Shown here piece after piece: positions 18,826-27,982 of a stretch of 64,000 nt of DNA. The stretch is from contig CAKUWT010000001.1 in assembly GCA_934699595.1 (NCBI GenBank), positions 71,839 to 135,838 of the forward strand, given 5' to 3'. Position 1 is the stretch's first letter. Each line of letters opens with the position of its first letter. Source of the DNA: an uncultured Patescibacteria group bacterium. Its GTDB lineage: Bacteria > Patescibacteriota > Minisyncoccia > Phycocordibacterales > UBA918. A model generated the notes under the pieces. That model saw nothing but the letters and a program-made list of their open reading frames with translations, was not told the origin of the DNA and did not search any database. Made by a program: the position numbers and the translations under genes.

Positions 18826-19881
18826 ATGAAGAAACCAACTGTATTTGTCGGTCTTTCTGGTGGAGTAGACTCCTCGGTGGCAGCGGCTCGTCTATTAAAT
18901 GAGGGTTACCACGTCGTAGGGGTATTTATTAAAGTCTGGCATCCTGACTTCTTGATCTGCAACTGGGAGGAGGAGAGAGTGGATGCTATGCGTGTTGCTG
19001 CTCATTTAGGTATTCCATTCTTAACTTGTGACGCCGAAGAGGCTTACCGAGAGCAAGTTGCAAAAGATTTTATCGCTAGCTATCAAGCTGGATTAACCCC
19101 CAATCCTGATGTTCTGTGTAATCGGGAGGTTAAATTTGGTACTTTTCTTGAGTTTGCTCTGGAACGAGGTGCGGATTTTATCGCAACCGGACATTACGCA
19201 GAGATTCAGCATGGACCCGAAGGCAATCAAGTTTTTCGCGGACAGGATACCAACAAAGACCAAAGCTACTTTCTTTGGGCGGTCACTAATGAACAGTTTA
19301 GTAAAGTCTTGTTGCCAGTTGGCAATTCACCCAAGAGTAAAATTCGCGCCGAGGCTGAGGCCTGGGAACTACCAACCGCCGCCAAAAAAGACAGTCAAGG
19401 TATTTGTTTTTTAGGACATGTCGATATCCCACAGTTTCTATCTCACTACGTTAATCTAGAACCAGGAAAGGTAACTGACAAAACCGGACAAACTATTGGT
19501 CACCATCAGGGCGCCCTAGTTTACACCCTAGGGCAGCGTCACGGTTTTACGATTACCGCACAGCAACTAGCCAGTACCCCGCTTTATGTAGCCGCTAAAG
19601 ATTTGCAGAAAAATATAATCATCGTCGATACAAAGCCGCCACAATACCAATTAGACGACTCAATCACTCTACGTCAGATTAACCTATTACAACCACTGCC
19701 GGAGACCGTCACTTTCCAAACCCGATACCGTCAAACACCACAAGAAGCCCGTGTTGTTAACGTTAATCATACTGAGATCATTCTACAGCCACACACACCT
19801 GGTTTAGAAAAGGCTGCCGCCGGTCAATCTTGTGTACTATATAATGACCGTCTCCTCCTTGGAGGTGGTATAATCGTTTAG
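18826..19881 (+). CDS. mnmA: tRNA-specific 2-thiouridylase MnmA
   Basis: VGLSGGVDSSVAA PP-loop, catalytic Cys residues, and a C-terminal barrel domain. Confidence 0.9.
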   Translation: MKKPTVFVGLSGGVDSSVAAARLLNEGYHVVGVFIKVWHPDFLICNWEEERVDAMRVAAHLGIPFLTCDAEEAYREQVAKDFIASYQAGLTPNPDVLCNREVKFGTFLEFALERGADFIATGHYAEIQHGPEGNQVFRGQDTNKDQSYFLWAVTNEQFSKVLLPVGNSPKSKIRAEAEAWELPTAAKKDSQGICFLGHVDIPQFLSHYVNLEPGKVTDKTGQTIGHHQGALVYTLGQRHGFTITAQQLASTPLYVAAKDLQKNIIIVDTKPPQYQLDDSITLRQINLLQPLPETVTFQTRYRQTPQEARVVNVNHTEIILQPHTPGLEKAAAGQSCVLYNDRLLLGGGIIV

Positions 19882-20723
19882 TGTCTAATATTGAAGTAGT
19901 TAAAGCTGACGGTAGTCGCCAGCCCTTTAAAGTAGAGAAATTAAGACGTTCTCTGCGTCGCTCTGGTGCCACTCGTGAGGAAGTGCGTGAGGTTGTCGCA
20001 TATATTGAAGCCCGTATCTACAGTGGCATCAGTACTCAGGAAATTTATCGCGCTGCCTTTGATAAATTAAAAACTCAGGAATTTCCGGCCGCAGCCCGCT
20101 ACTCGCTGCGACGCGCACTCTTTAACCTGGGTCCGACTGGATTTCCGTTTGAAGTTTTTTTAGGAAAACTTTTCGCTGCCGAGGGTTACACCAGTAAAAA
20201 TAACCTCATTATTCCTGGTCGATGTGTTGAACACGAGATCGATTTAGCTGCCTATAAAGACGATCATAGTTTTGTAGCCGAAGCCAAATTTCATTCAAGG
20301 GCCGGAGTTAAATCAGATTTACAGGTTGCTCTTTATTGCTACGCTCGTTTTCTTGATCTAAAAAAACAACGTGTTTGCGCTGAGGATATCTGTGGCATTG
20401 ATGAATTTCGGCTAATTACTAATACAAAATTTACTAAAACTGCCGAGAAATATGCTCAATGTGTGGGACTGCCTCTCCTAAGCTGGGATTATCCTCGTCG
20501 TGATAACCTACATGATAAAATTCAGCGCCACGGCATCTACCCAATAACAATCTTGCAAAACCTCAACAACAGGGAGACGGCTATTCTGTTTGAGAGCGGG
20601 GTTATTACTTGTAAAGATTTGTTGGCTAATTTGAGCATTTTAAAAACTCTACACTTGTCAACTGCTAAGCGAGCAAGAATTACTGAGGAGGTTAACAGTT
20701 TGCACCTAAGCAAAACTAATTAA
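19881..20723 (+). CDS. ATP-cone domain fused to an Mrr-like PD-(D/E)xK restriction-endonuclease-fold domain
   Basis: The N-terminus IEVVKADGSRQPFKVEKLRRSL matches the NrdR/RNR ATP-cone. The core has IDLAAY...FVAEAK, i.e. D...ExK. The start overlaps the mnmA stop. Confidence 0.65.
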   Translation: MSNIEVVKADGSRQPFKVEKLRRSLRRSGATREEVREVVAYIEARIYSGISTQEIYRAAFDKLKTQEFPAAARYSLRRALFNLGPTGFPFEVFLGKLFAAEGYTSKNNLIIPGRCVEHEIDLAAYKDDHSFVAEAKFHSRAGVKSDLQVALYCYARFLDLKKQRVCAEDICGIDEFRLITNTKFTKTAEKYAQCVGLPLLSWDYPRRDNLHDKIQRHGIYPITILQNLNNRETAILFESGVITCKDLLANLSILKTLHLSTAKRARITEEVNSLHLSKTN

Positions 20724-20806
20724 AATAGTTATTTGTCAAGACTGGGCAGATATTCCCTTGGTGTTATAATGGCCGACATAGAAGATTATTACCGAAATTC
20801 ATAAAT

Positions 20807-21376
20807 ATGTCAGAACAAATAACTGAAAAAAAGGAGGAAAGTCAAAAAACCGTTATTGCATTTATCGTCGGTTTGATTATCGGTGGCCTATTAATCTGGG
20901 CTTTCACTGGTGGTGAGACCGATAATAAAAAAGTGACTGAGAAATCTAATGGTGCCGACAAAACTGAGGTCGGTATCGATGTAGGTGAACAGAACATTAA
21001 TGATAATGACGATGTAGCCACATCCAGTACCGGCACCAGCGAAGAGTCAACCCTGGAAGGCAGCGCAGCAGGCGCAGCTGTGGTGAAGAATCAAACCGCT
21101 GGACGTCACGTAGACTTAGAATCTGCCACGTTTCCAACAGCTGAAGGCTGGGTGGGGGTGCGTGATTACAACGATGGCGAAATGGGCTTCATTTTAGGAG
21201 TGGCTCGCTATAGTCAAAGTCAGGGTTTGGTACCTGAACAAATAATCCTCCAACGACCAACAGTAGCCAATCGTGAGTATGCTATCGTCTTCTTTACTGA
21301 AGATGGCGACCGACAATTTAATCCAGCCCGCGATGTGCAGGTGGGGGACAAAGTAACCACCTTTAAAGCGGAGTAA
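20807..21376 (+). CDS. small membrane-anchored or secreted hypothetical protein
   Basis: N-terminal transmembrane or signal segment (VIAFIVGLIIGGLLIWAF) followed by an acidic low-complexity linker. Confidence 0.5.
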   Translation: MSEQITEKKEESQKTVIAFIVGLIIGGLLIWAFTGGETDNKKVTEKSNGADKTEVGIDVGEQNINDNDDVATSSTGTSEESTLEGSAAGAAVVKNQTAGRHVDLESATFPTAEGWVGVRDYNDGEMGFILGVARYSQSQGLVPEQIILQRPTVANREYAIVFFTEDGDRQFNPARDVQVGDKVTTFKAE

Positions 21377-21385
21377 TTATTAAAG

Positions 21386-21446
21386 GCTTTAGAAAAGTTT
21401 AGACCGGCATCTTTGATGCCGGTCTAAACTTTTCTCTAAAGCCGCC
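21386..21446. terminator. ~26-bp imperfect hairpin (ggctttagaaaagtttagaccggcat / atgccggtctaaacttttctctaaagcc)
   Basis: Long inverted repeat with a 2-nt bulge and a 4-nt loop, between convergently terminated or consecutive genes. Confidence 0.5.
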
Positions 21447-21475
21447 TCCATTACTGTGCTACAATAAACCTCATC

Positions 21476-22258
21476 ATGGCAGAATACATCAGAAGATATA
21501 ATCCGAATCGCTCCGCTGACTGGAATTATGGAGGAAAAAACTGGAAACTTTCACGTTCCAAAATAGATTTGTTTCTAGAGTGTCCACTATGTTTTTACGT
21601 GGACAACAAGCTGGGTACCAAACGTCCTTCAATTCCGTCTTTTAACCTCAACATTGCTGTCGATAATCTGTTTAAAAAAGAATATGATATTTACCGCGAA
21701 CAAAAAGCGGCCTCACCACTCATGCAAGAAAACGGTCTAAATGCTGTGCCATTCCAACACAAAGATTTGGAAATCTGGCGAGATCCTTTTGTGGGTATTA
21801 CACATCACCACGTTGAAACCGGCCTATTAGTTTCTGGTGGGGTAGATGATATCTGGCAGAACAGCGATGGGGAACTGATAGTAGTTGACTACAAGGCCAC
21901 CTCTAAAGACACTGAAATTAAAACTCTTGACGATTCTTCCTGGGCTGAACAATATACCCGCCAGATTAGTGTCTATCAGTGGCTATTGCGACAAAATGGC
22001 TTTCCCGTTTCAACAACTGGCTATTTTGTTTACGCAAACGCCTTAAAGACCCCCAATACCTTTGATAACACCCTTACTTTTCAAACCACCCTAGTCCCGA
22101 TCGTCGGGAAAACTGACTGGATTGAGCCGACTCTCTCTGCCATTAAGAAGGTCCTCGACTCTGACATTTATCCTGACAGTGGTGATCAGTGCGAGTATTG
22201 CCCTTATCGACACGCTGTTGGTAGCAAACTTTACGCTATCAAAAAAGCAGCAAAATAA
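21476..22258 (+). CDS. Cas4/RecB-like PD-(D/E)xK nuclease with a predicted 4-Cys Fe-S cluster (stand-alone)
   Basis: ECPLCFY at the N-terminus and CEYCPYRH at the C-terminus give four Cys. DDIW...ELIVVDYK is the D/ExK core and QISVYQWL is the QxxxY motif. Confidence 0.7.
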   Translation: MAEYIRRYNPNRSADWNYGGKNWKLSRSKIDLFLECPLCFYVDNKLGTKRPSIPSFNLNIAVDNLFKKEYDIYREQKAASPLMQENGLNAVPFQHKDLEIWRDPFVGITHHHVETGLLVSGGVDDIWQNSDGELIVVDYKATSKDTEIKTLDDSSWAEQYTRQISVYQWLLRQNGFPVSTTGYFVYANALKTPNTFDNTLTFQTTLVPIVGKTDWIEPTLSAIKKVLDSDIYPDSGDQCEYCPYRHAVGSKLYAIKKAAK

Positions 22259-22314
22259 GTTGAGACCGGTGACTGTGTGTTATATTGTGGTTATAAAATC
22301 TAATTTTAATTTTT

Positions 22315-22914
22315 ATGTATTCTTATCGTATTGAACAAGCTATTCGCGCGGCCGCAGTCCTTCATGAAGATCAGACTCGTCGTGGTGATTTGCCACTACC
22401 ATACATCACTCACCCTTTTTCTGTAGCCATGTCTCTCCTGAAGTACACTGATGATGAAGATGTGATTGTCGCTGCTTTACTACACGATACTCTAGAAGAT
22501 ACTGAATACACCTATGAACAACTAGTTAATGACTTTGGTGAAATCACTGCCGAAATCGTCGCCACAGTTAGTGAGCCCCAGACAGACACCGAAGGGCAAC
22601 CTCTGTCCTGGCGAGAACGCAAAAACATTTACCGTGAACAAGTTGCCACTGGTCCACAAGAAGCTCTCTATGTGTCTGCCAGTGACAAGATTCACAACTT
22701 TCGTGCCATCATTGAGGAATATTATGATGAGCCAGAGAGATTCCTAGAGGACTTCGGCACCAACATCAGTGAACGAATTGCTACCTATTCGGCTTTGGCG
22801 GAAGTAATTACCGAAAAATTAGACAACGAAGAACTGAAGACCGACTTTAACTATATTTTTAACGAATATAAGAATTTTCTTAATGAGATAAGCGAACTAT
22901 ATGAAGTCAGTTAA
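22315..22914 (+). CDS. HD-domain small (p)ppGpp hydrolase-like protein (SpoT/RelA HD fold; metazoan SpoT homologue 1 (Mesh1)-like small alarmone hydrolase)
   Basis: HPFSVA...AALLHDTLEDT gives the H...HD...D metal ligands in RelA/SpoT-type spacing. 199 aa with no synthetase domain. Confidence 0.65.
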   Translation: MYSYRIEQAIRAAAVLHEDQTRRGDLPLPYITHPFSVAMSLLKYTDDEDVIVAALLHDTLEDTEYTYEQLVNDFGEITAEIVATVSEPQTDTEGQPLSWRERKNIYREQVATGPQEALYVSASDKIHNFRAIIEEYYDEPERFLEDFGTNISERIATYSALAEVITEKLDNEELKTDFNYIFNEYKNFLNEISELYEVS

Positions 22915-24745
22915 ATCAAAACCTAAGAAAAACCCTAAAAAGTTTCCCTATCAACCCAATCAGGAATTACCAAAAATTATTAATCAAACCAAGTGGGATT
23001 TGGAGACCCTTTTCTACTCTGGTACGGCTGACGAGCAGTTGGAAAAAGATCTTAAAAAGGTTGAGTCTCTTTTTGCTAGTTTCTCCCGTAAGTACCAAAA
23101 GCTAGATTTTATGGCTACCCCAGAAACTTTGGCGAGTGCGTTGAAGGACTACTTCGCCCTGGACGACAAAGTCTCTGCTAAACCAGCCCTGTATTTCTGG
23201 TATCGAAATGTGTTAGACACGCACGATCATGAAGCTGAAAAACAGTCCAATTTGATTTCTGACCGCTTCACCAAAGCCGGTAACCAACTTATCTTTTTCA
23301 CCCTTAAAATTGGGCATCTAGAGAAAAAGCGACAAGCTATCTTTCTTAAGTCAGAAGTTTTAGCCCCCTACAAATATTTCCTAAAAACCATTTTCAATAA
23401 TGCAAAATATGAACTTAGTGAGGCTGAAGAAAAGATTCTGAACCTAAAAAACTTACCGTCATATTCATTATGGGTAAGTGGTACTGAAAAAATTCTACAA
23501 AGACAAACCGTTACTTTTCAGAAAAAAACTTACCCTCTCAATGAGGCTCTAGAAAAAATTGCTGAGGTCAAACCCAGTGAGCGGACGCCCCTATGGAAAG
23601 CTACCCGGGCAGTTCTTAAAAATAACGCCCTCGTAGCCGAAAATGAACTAAATGCAATCATTCTCGATAAGAAAATTGAGGACGAGTTGCGTGGTTACAA
23701 AACCCCGTATGAAGCCAAAGTTTTGGCTAATGAGAACAATCTCCGTAGTGTTGAAGCTTTGGTAGAGACTGTTAGCGACCGCGGCTTTGCCCTCAGTCGG
23801 CAATTCTATAAACTCAAAGCTAGTCTAGCAGGCGTGGAGAATTTTAACTACGCTAACCGCTTTGACCCTCTGACCCGCAGTCCTGAACCAATCATCGATT
23901 TTGCCACAGCTGCAGAGATATGCCGGGACGTATTTTATGGTGTTAAAAACGAATACGGCGAATTTTTTGATAACATGTTAACGAAAGGTCATATCGACGC
24001 CTTTCCTAAACCAGGTCGTGGCGGAGGTGCTTTTATGTCCACCACAATCAACACGCCAATTTTGGTTTTTCTCAATCACACCAATACCTTCCGCTCACTT
24101 GAAACCTTAGCTCACGAAATGGGTCATGCGCTACACTCACACCGGACCAAGGCGTCTCAACCCACCTATTACCAAAACTATTCACTCACTACTGCCGAAA
24201 CCGCCAGCACTTTATTTGAAAATTTAGTCTTTGAAGCAATTTACAAACAGGTTGATGATAAGGCAAAAATTACCTTGTTACACGATAGATTAATTCGTGA
24301 CATCTCCACGATTCAAAGACAAATCGCATTCTTTAATTTTGAAAAACGTATTCACGAGATTGTTCGTACTGAAGGCGCTATTACTCATGAAAGACTAGCT
24401 CAATGTTTTGCCAATGAGTTACGAGCATATCTTGGCAAAGGTATTAATGTAGAGGATGACGATGGCTACTCATTTGTGATGGTCAGTCACTTCCGATCAA
24501 TGTTTTATGTCTACACTTACGCCTACGGACTACTCATGAGTAACCTTATGAACCAACGCTATCAATCTGACCCAGACTATATAACCAAAATTGATGAGTT
24601 TTTGTGCAGCGGTAGCAAAGATAATGTTGAAAATATCTTTAAAAATATCGGTATTCGTGCAGATCGCACCGAAACTTTCAACGAGAGCCTAAATGCTATG
24701 GCAGACAGTATTAAAGAGCTGTCTCGCTTAACAAAAAAGACCTAA
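22901..24745 (+). CDS. pepF: oligoendopeptidase F (M3 family)
   Basis: HEMGHALH zinc-binding motif in an M3 context; 614 aa. Confidence 0.85.
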   Translation: MKSVKSKPKKNPKKFPYQPNQELPKIINQTKWDLETLFYSGTADEQLEKDLKKVESLFASFSRKYQKLDFMATPETLASALKDYFALDDKVSAKPALYFWYRNVLDTHDHEAEKQSNLISDRFTKAGNQLIFFTLKIGHLEKKRQAIFLKSEVLAPYKYFLKTIFNNAKYELSEAEEKILNLKNLPSYSLWVSGTEKILQRQTVTFQKKTYPLNEALEKIAEVKPSERTPLWKATRAVLKNNALVAENELNAIILDKKIEDELRGYKTPYEAKVLANENNLRSVEALVETVSDRGFALSRQFYKLKASLAGVENFNYANRFDPLTRSPEPIIDFATAAEICRDVFYGVKNEYGEFFDNMLTKGHIDAFPKPGRGGGAFMSTTINTPILVFLNHTNTFRSLETLAHEMGHALHSHRTKASQPTYYQNYSLTTAETASTLFENLVFEAIYKQVDDKAKITLLHDRLIRDISTIQRQIAFFNFEKRIHEIVRTEGAITHERLAQCFANELRAYLGKGINVEDDDGYSFVMVSHFRSMFYVYTYAYGLLMSNLMNQRYQSDPDYITKIDEFLCSGSKDNVENIFKNIGIRADRTETFNESLNAMADSIKELSRLTKKT

Positions 24746-24809
24746 TTGGCTATAAAGAGTTTTTTAGGCTAGAGTAGAGCTATCTTTATATTAATTTATT
24801 TTACCCACT

Positions 24810-26678
24810 ATGAGCGGAAATGAAGTCAGAGAAAAATTCTTTAATTACCTAAAAGAACAACAGCACGTGGTCATTCCATCAGCCGGACTAGTCCCTGATA
24901 ATGACCCGACCACTCTGTTTACTGGCAGTGGTATGCAGCCCCTAATACCGTACCTGCTTGGAGAAACTCACCCAATGGGTCGACGGCTTGCTAATTCGCA
25001 GAAATGCTTCCGGGCAGAAGATATTGAAGAGGTTGGAGATAATCGTCACACAACTTTTTTCGAAATGCTTGGCAACTGGTCACTCGGAGATTACTTCAAA
25101 AAAGAACAACTGCGTTTCTTCTTTACCTTCTTGGTAGATCAAATTGGTCTAGATCCTCACAAAATATATGTTACCGTCTTTGCTGGCGATGACACTTTGG
25201 GAATCCCTCGTGATGATGAGGCAGTTGCTATTTGGCAAGAATTATTCGCCGAGCGGGGAATAGAAGCTAAGGCTGTCTTTATCGGTAGTGAGGAGAATGG
25301 TTATCAAGTCGGCATGCAGGGCGGTCGCATTTTCTATTATGACTCTGGTAAAAACTGGTGGAGTCGTTCTGGCTCACCAGAAAAGATGCCTGTTGGTGAA
25401 ATCGGCGGCCCAGATAGTGAAGTTTTTTACGACTTTGGTCCAGAGTATGCTACTCATCCAGATTTTAAAGACCTGGAGCCCCATCCAAACAGTGATTCTG
25501 GACAATTCGTAGAAATTGGCAACAGTGTGTTTATTGAATACATCAAACAAGCGGACGGTTCTTTTAAAGAGCTGGCTCAGAAAAACGTTGACTTCGGAGG
25601 TGGTCTAGAGCGTATTACAGCCGCCAGTTTAAACAATCCGGATGTTTTCCAGATTGATCTACTGCATAGTATTATCGATAACTTGGAGAAGTTAAGTGGA
25701 CAAGAATACCAAGATAACCAAATGGCTTTCCGAGTCATTGCTGACCATCTCCGCGGCGCCGTTTTTATGATCGCTGACGGTGTGTTCCCGAGCAATAGCG
25801 AACAGGGCTATTTTGTCCGCCGCTTACTGCGACGCTCAATTCGCTTTGCTGACCAGATCGACCTACCAGAAAATAAACTAGCGACCTTGGCAAAAACAGT
25901 GGTAGAAACTTATCAAAATGCCTATCCTAACCTGACTCAACAATTAACAAACATCACTAATGCTATTGAAAATGAGGAACAGCAATTTCGTAAAACCTTA
26001 GCTAAAGGCTTAAAGAAGTACGAAGCTAGTGAGCACATTGACGGTGCGACAGCTTTTGAATTGTTTACAACCTACGGTTTCCCGATTGAGCTCACTGAAG
26101 AGCTGGCAGCAGAGAAGGGGATCACAGTCAACCGTGAGCAATTTGATGTCCTAATGAAAGAACATCGCGAGAAGAGTCGAGCTGGTGCTGAGCATAAATT
26201 TAAAGGTGGGCTGGCTGACCACTCAGAAAATGTAGTACAGTACCACACAGCAACCCATTTGCTACTCGCTGGTTTACGTCATGAGTTAGGCGAACACGTG
26301 CACCAAGCTGGTAGCAATATTACTGGAGAGAGACTTCGCTTTGACTTCACTCATGACCAAAAAGTTGATCCAGATACTTTGAAAAAAGTAGAAGAATTCG
26401 TCAATGCCGCACTGCGGACTGGGGGAGTAGTAACAACCGAGATACTTCCTAAGGAGATCGCCCGCGCCGATAAAACCATTGAAGCTAGTTTTTGGGATCG
26501 CTATCCAGATGAAGTAAAGGTGTATACCATTACCAGTGATGACGGTAGGGTCTTCTCTCGGGAGCTCTGTGGCGGTCCGCATGTCAGACGGTTGGAAGAC
26601 ATTCAAAAGACCTTTAAGATCACCAAAGAGGAATCTTCTGCCGCGGGAATCCGGCGCATCAAAGCAGTCCTTACTTAG
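24810..26678 (+). CDS. alaS: alanyl-tRNA synthetase (truncated form: catalytic, tRNA-binding and editing domains; no C-Ala domain)
   Basis: The N-terminus MSGNEVREKFFNYLKEQQHVVIPSAGLVPDNDPTTLFTGSGMQP is the AlaRS signature. The editing region has HTATHLL...H. Confidence 0.9.
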   Translation: MSGNEVREKFFNYLKEQQHVVIPSAGLVPDNDPTTLFTGSGMQPLIPYLLGETHPMGRRLANSQKCFRAEDIEEVGDNRHTTFFEMLGNWSLGDYFKKEQLRFFFTFLVDQIGLDPHKIYVTVFAGDDTLGIPRDDEAVAIWQELFAERGIEAKAVFIGSEENGYQVGMQGGRIFYYDSGKNWWSRSGSPEKMPVGEIGGPDSEVFYDFGPEYATHPDFKDLEPHPNSDSGQFVEIGNSVFIEYIKQADGSFKELAQKNVDFGGGLERITAASLNNPDVFQIDLLHSIIDNLEKLSGQEYQDNQMAFRVIADHLRGAVFMIADGVFPSNSEQGYFVRRLLRRSIRFADQIDLPENKLATLAKTVVETYQNAYPNLTQQLTNITNAIENEEQQFRKTLAKGLKKYEASEHIDGATAFELFTTYGFPIELTEELAAEKGITVNREQFDVLMKEHREKSRAGAEHKFKGGLADHSENVVQYHTATHLLLAGLRHELGEHVHQAGSNITGERLRFDFTHDQKVDPDTLKKVEEFVNAALRTGGVVTTEILPKEIARADKTIEASFWDRYPDEVKVYTITSDDGRVFSRELCGGPHVRRLEDIQKTFKITKEESSAAGIRRIKAVLT

Positions 26679-26737
26679 GAAACCCACAGCCTGTCTGATA
26701 ACTCGATAAGTAGGACGTATAATGTCTAGACACCAGC

Positions 26738-27946
26738 ATGTTTTTTCGGGAAAATAAAAATAAGATTACTGTTGGGGCTATTATTGAAGTGGGCTCAGGT
26801 AGTGTGGCCGTAGGTATCGTCAAAAGCAGCTCTACACAAAAAAACCCTGAGATTATCTGGGGTTATCGAGAATTAGCCTCTAGCAGATACAGTCTGGATG
26901 GTTTTGGGGCTGCTAAAGACATTCTCAAAACTATCGAAAGAGCAGTTACTGAGCTCGGCACCACTGGAGTTAAGTCGCTCAAAGAGCATAAATCCTCACT
27001 TCGCATTAATGAGGTGCAGGTTAGTATTGCGGCACCTTGGTCATACACAGCCACTAGCACCGTTAACTACCGAAAGGACAAGGAATTCAAGGTAACCAAG
27101 AGCATTATCGAAAAAATTACTACCGAAGCTGCTCATAAAATTAATAGCGAAGTAACTGCACAGGAAGAAATTCTCAAATTAGGGCTAGAGATTATCTCGC
27201 AAAATTACCACAGCACTCTTTTGAACGGCTACCAAACTATCGACCCAGTTAATCAGGTCACAAATCTGATCACACTCAATCAAATAACCTCAATTTCACA
27301 AAAGAAGTTAGTCGACACTCTGGATAACGAGCTTGGCAAAATCTTGCCCAAAGTTCCGACTCAACACTTTTCGTTCATGTATCTCTTCTTTGAAGTGATC
27401 AAGTATTCCCTAACTCATTATAATGAGTATTGCTTAGTAGATATTACCGATAATGCCACTGAGATCGGCGTCGTAAGAAACGGCATCTTGCAGTATTGTA
27501 CCCACACCCCTGTCGGCAAAAATTCTCTAATCTATTTATTGAGTGAGCGACTAAAAATCCCCTTCGAGGAAGCTGCGAGCTACGTACGCTCAACTAAAGA
27601 AGCTAACTTGTGGGAGCAGCTCTCCACATCACAAAGGGAAACTGTTGAAGACATTCTATCTGAATACCAAAACGAATTAGCTAAACTATTTCACGAAACT
27701 GGTGATGGTCTGACCATTCCGCGTCTATTTTTTATTCACAGCGACAAAAATACCGAACTATTCTTTAATGAACAAATAGTTCTGGCCGCCAACCAAACCA
27801 CAAAGACCAAACACCAGTCTCGCTCAGTTTCTACAGAACTCCTTAGTCATGGTAACCAAAATGAGGAAGGTGGGGTTAATCTTCCCGTTTCTCCAGACAC
27901 TGCTTCATTAATTGCTGCTTTATTTTTCCACATTAACCACCAGTAA
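26738..27946 (+). CDS. actin-like (ASKHA) ATPase, PilM/FtsA-like
   Basis: Phosphate-1-like VGAIIEVGSGSVAVGIV at the N-terminus and a second LVDITDNATEIGVV motif, typical of the PilM/FtsA/Ppx fold. Confidence 0.5.
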   Translation: MFFRENKNKITVGAIIEVGSGSVAVGIVKSSSTQKNPEIIWGYRELASSRYSLDGFGAAKDILKTIERAVTELGTTGVKSLKEHKSSLRINEVQVSIAAPWSYTATSTVNYRKDKEFKVTKSIIEKITTEAAHKINSEVTAQEEILKLGLEIISQNYHSTLLNGYQTIDPVNQVTNLITLNQITSISQKKLVDTLDNELGKILPKVPTQHFSFMYLFFEVIKYSLTHYNEYCLVDITDNATEIGVVRNGILQYCTHTPVGKNSLIYLLSERLKIPFEEAASYVRSTKEANLWEQLSTSQRETVEDILSEYQNELAKLFHETGDGLTIPRLFFIHSDKNTELFFNEQIVLAANQTTKTKHQSRSVSTELLSHGNQNEEGGVNLPVSPDTASLIAALFFHINHQ

Positions 27947-27982
27947 GATAACTTCTGGTCCCACTTAAGGTATAATACAACC

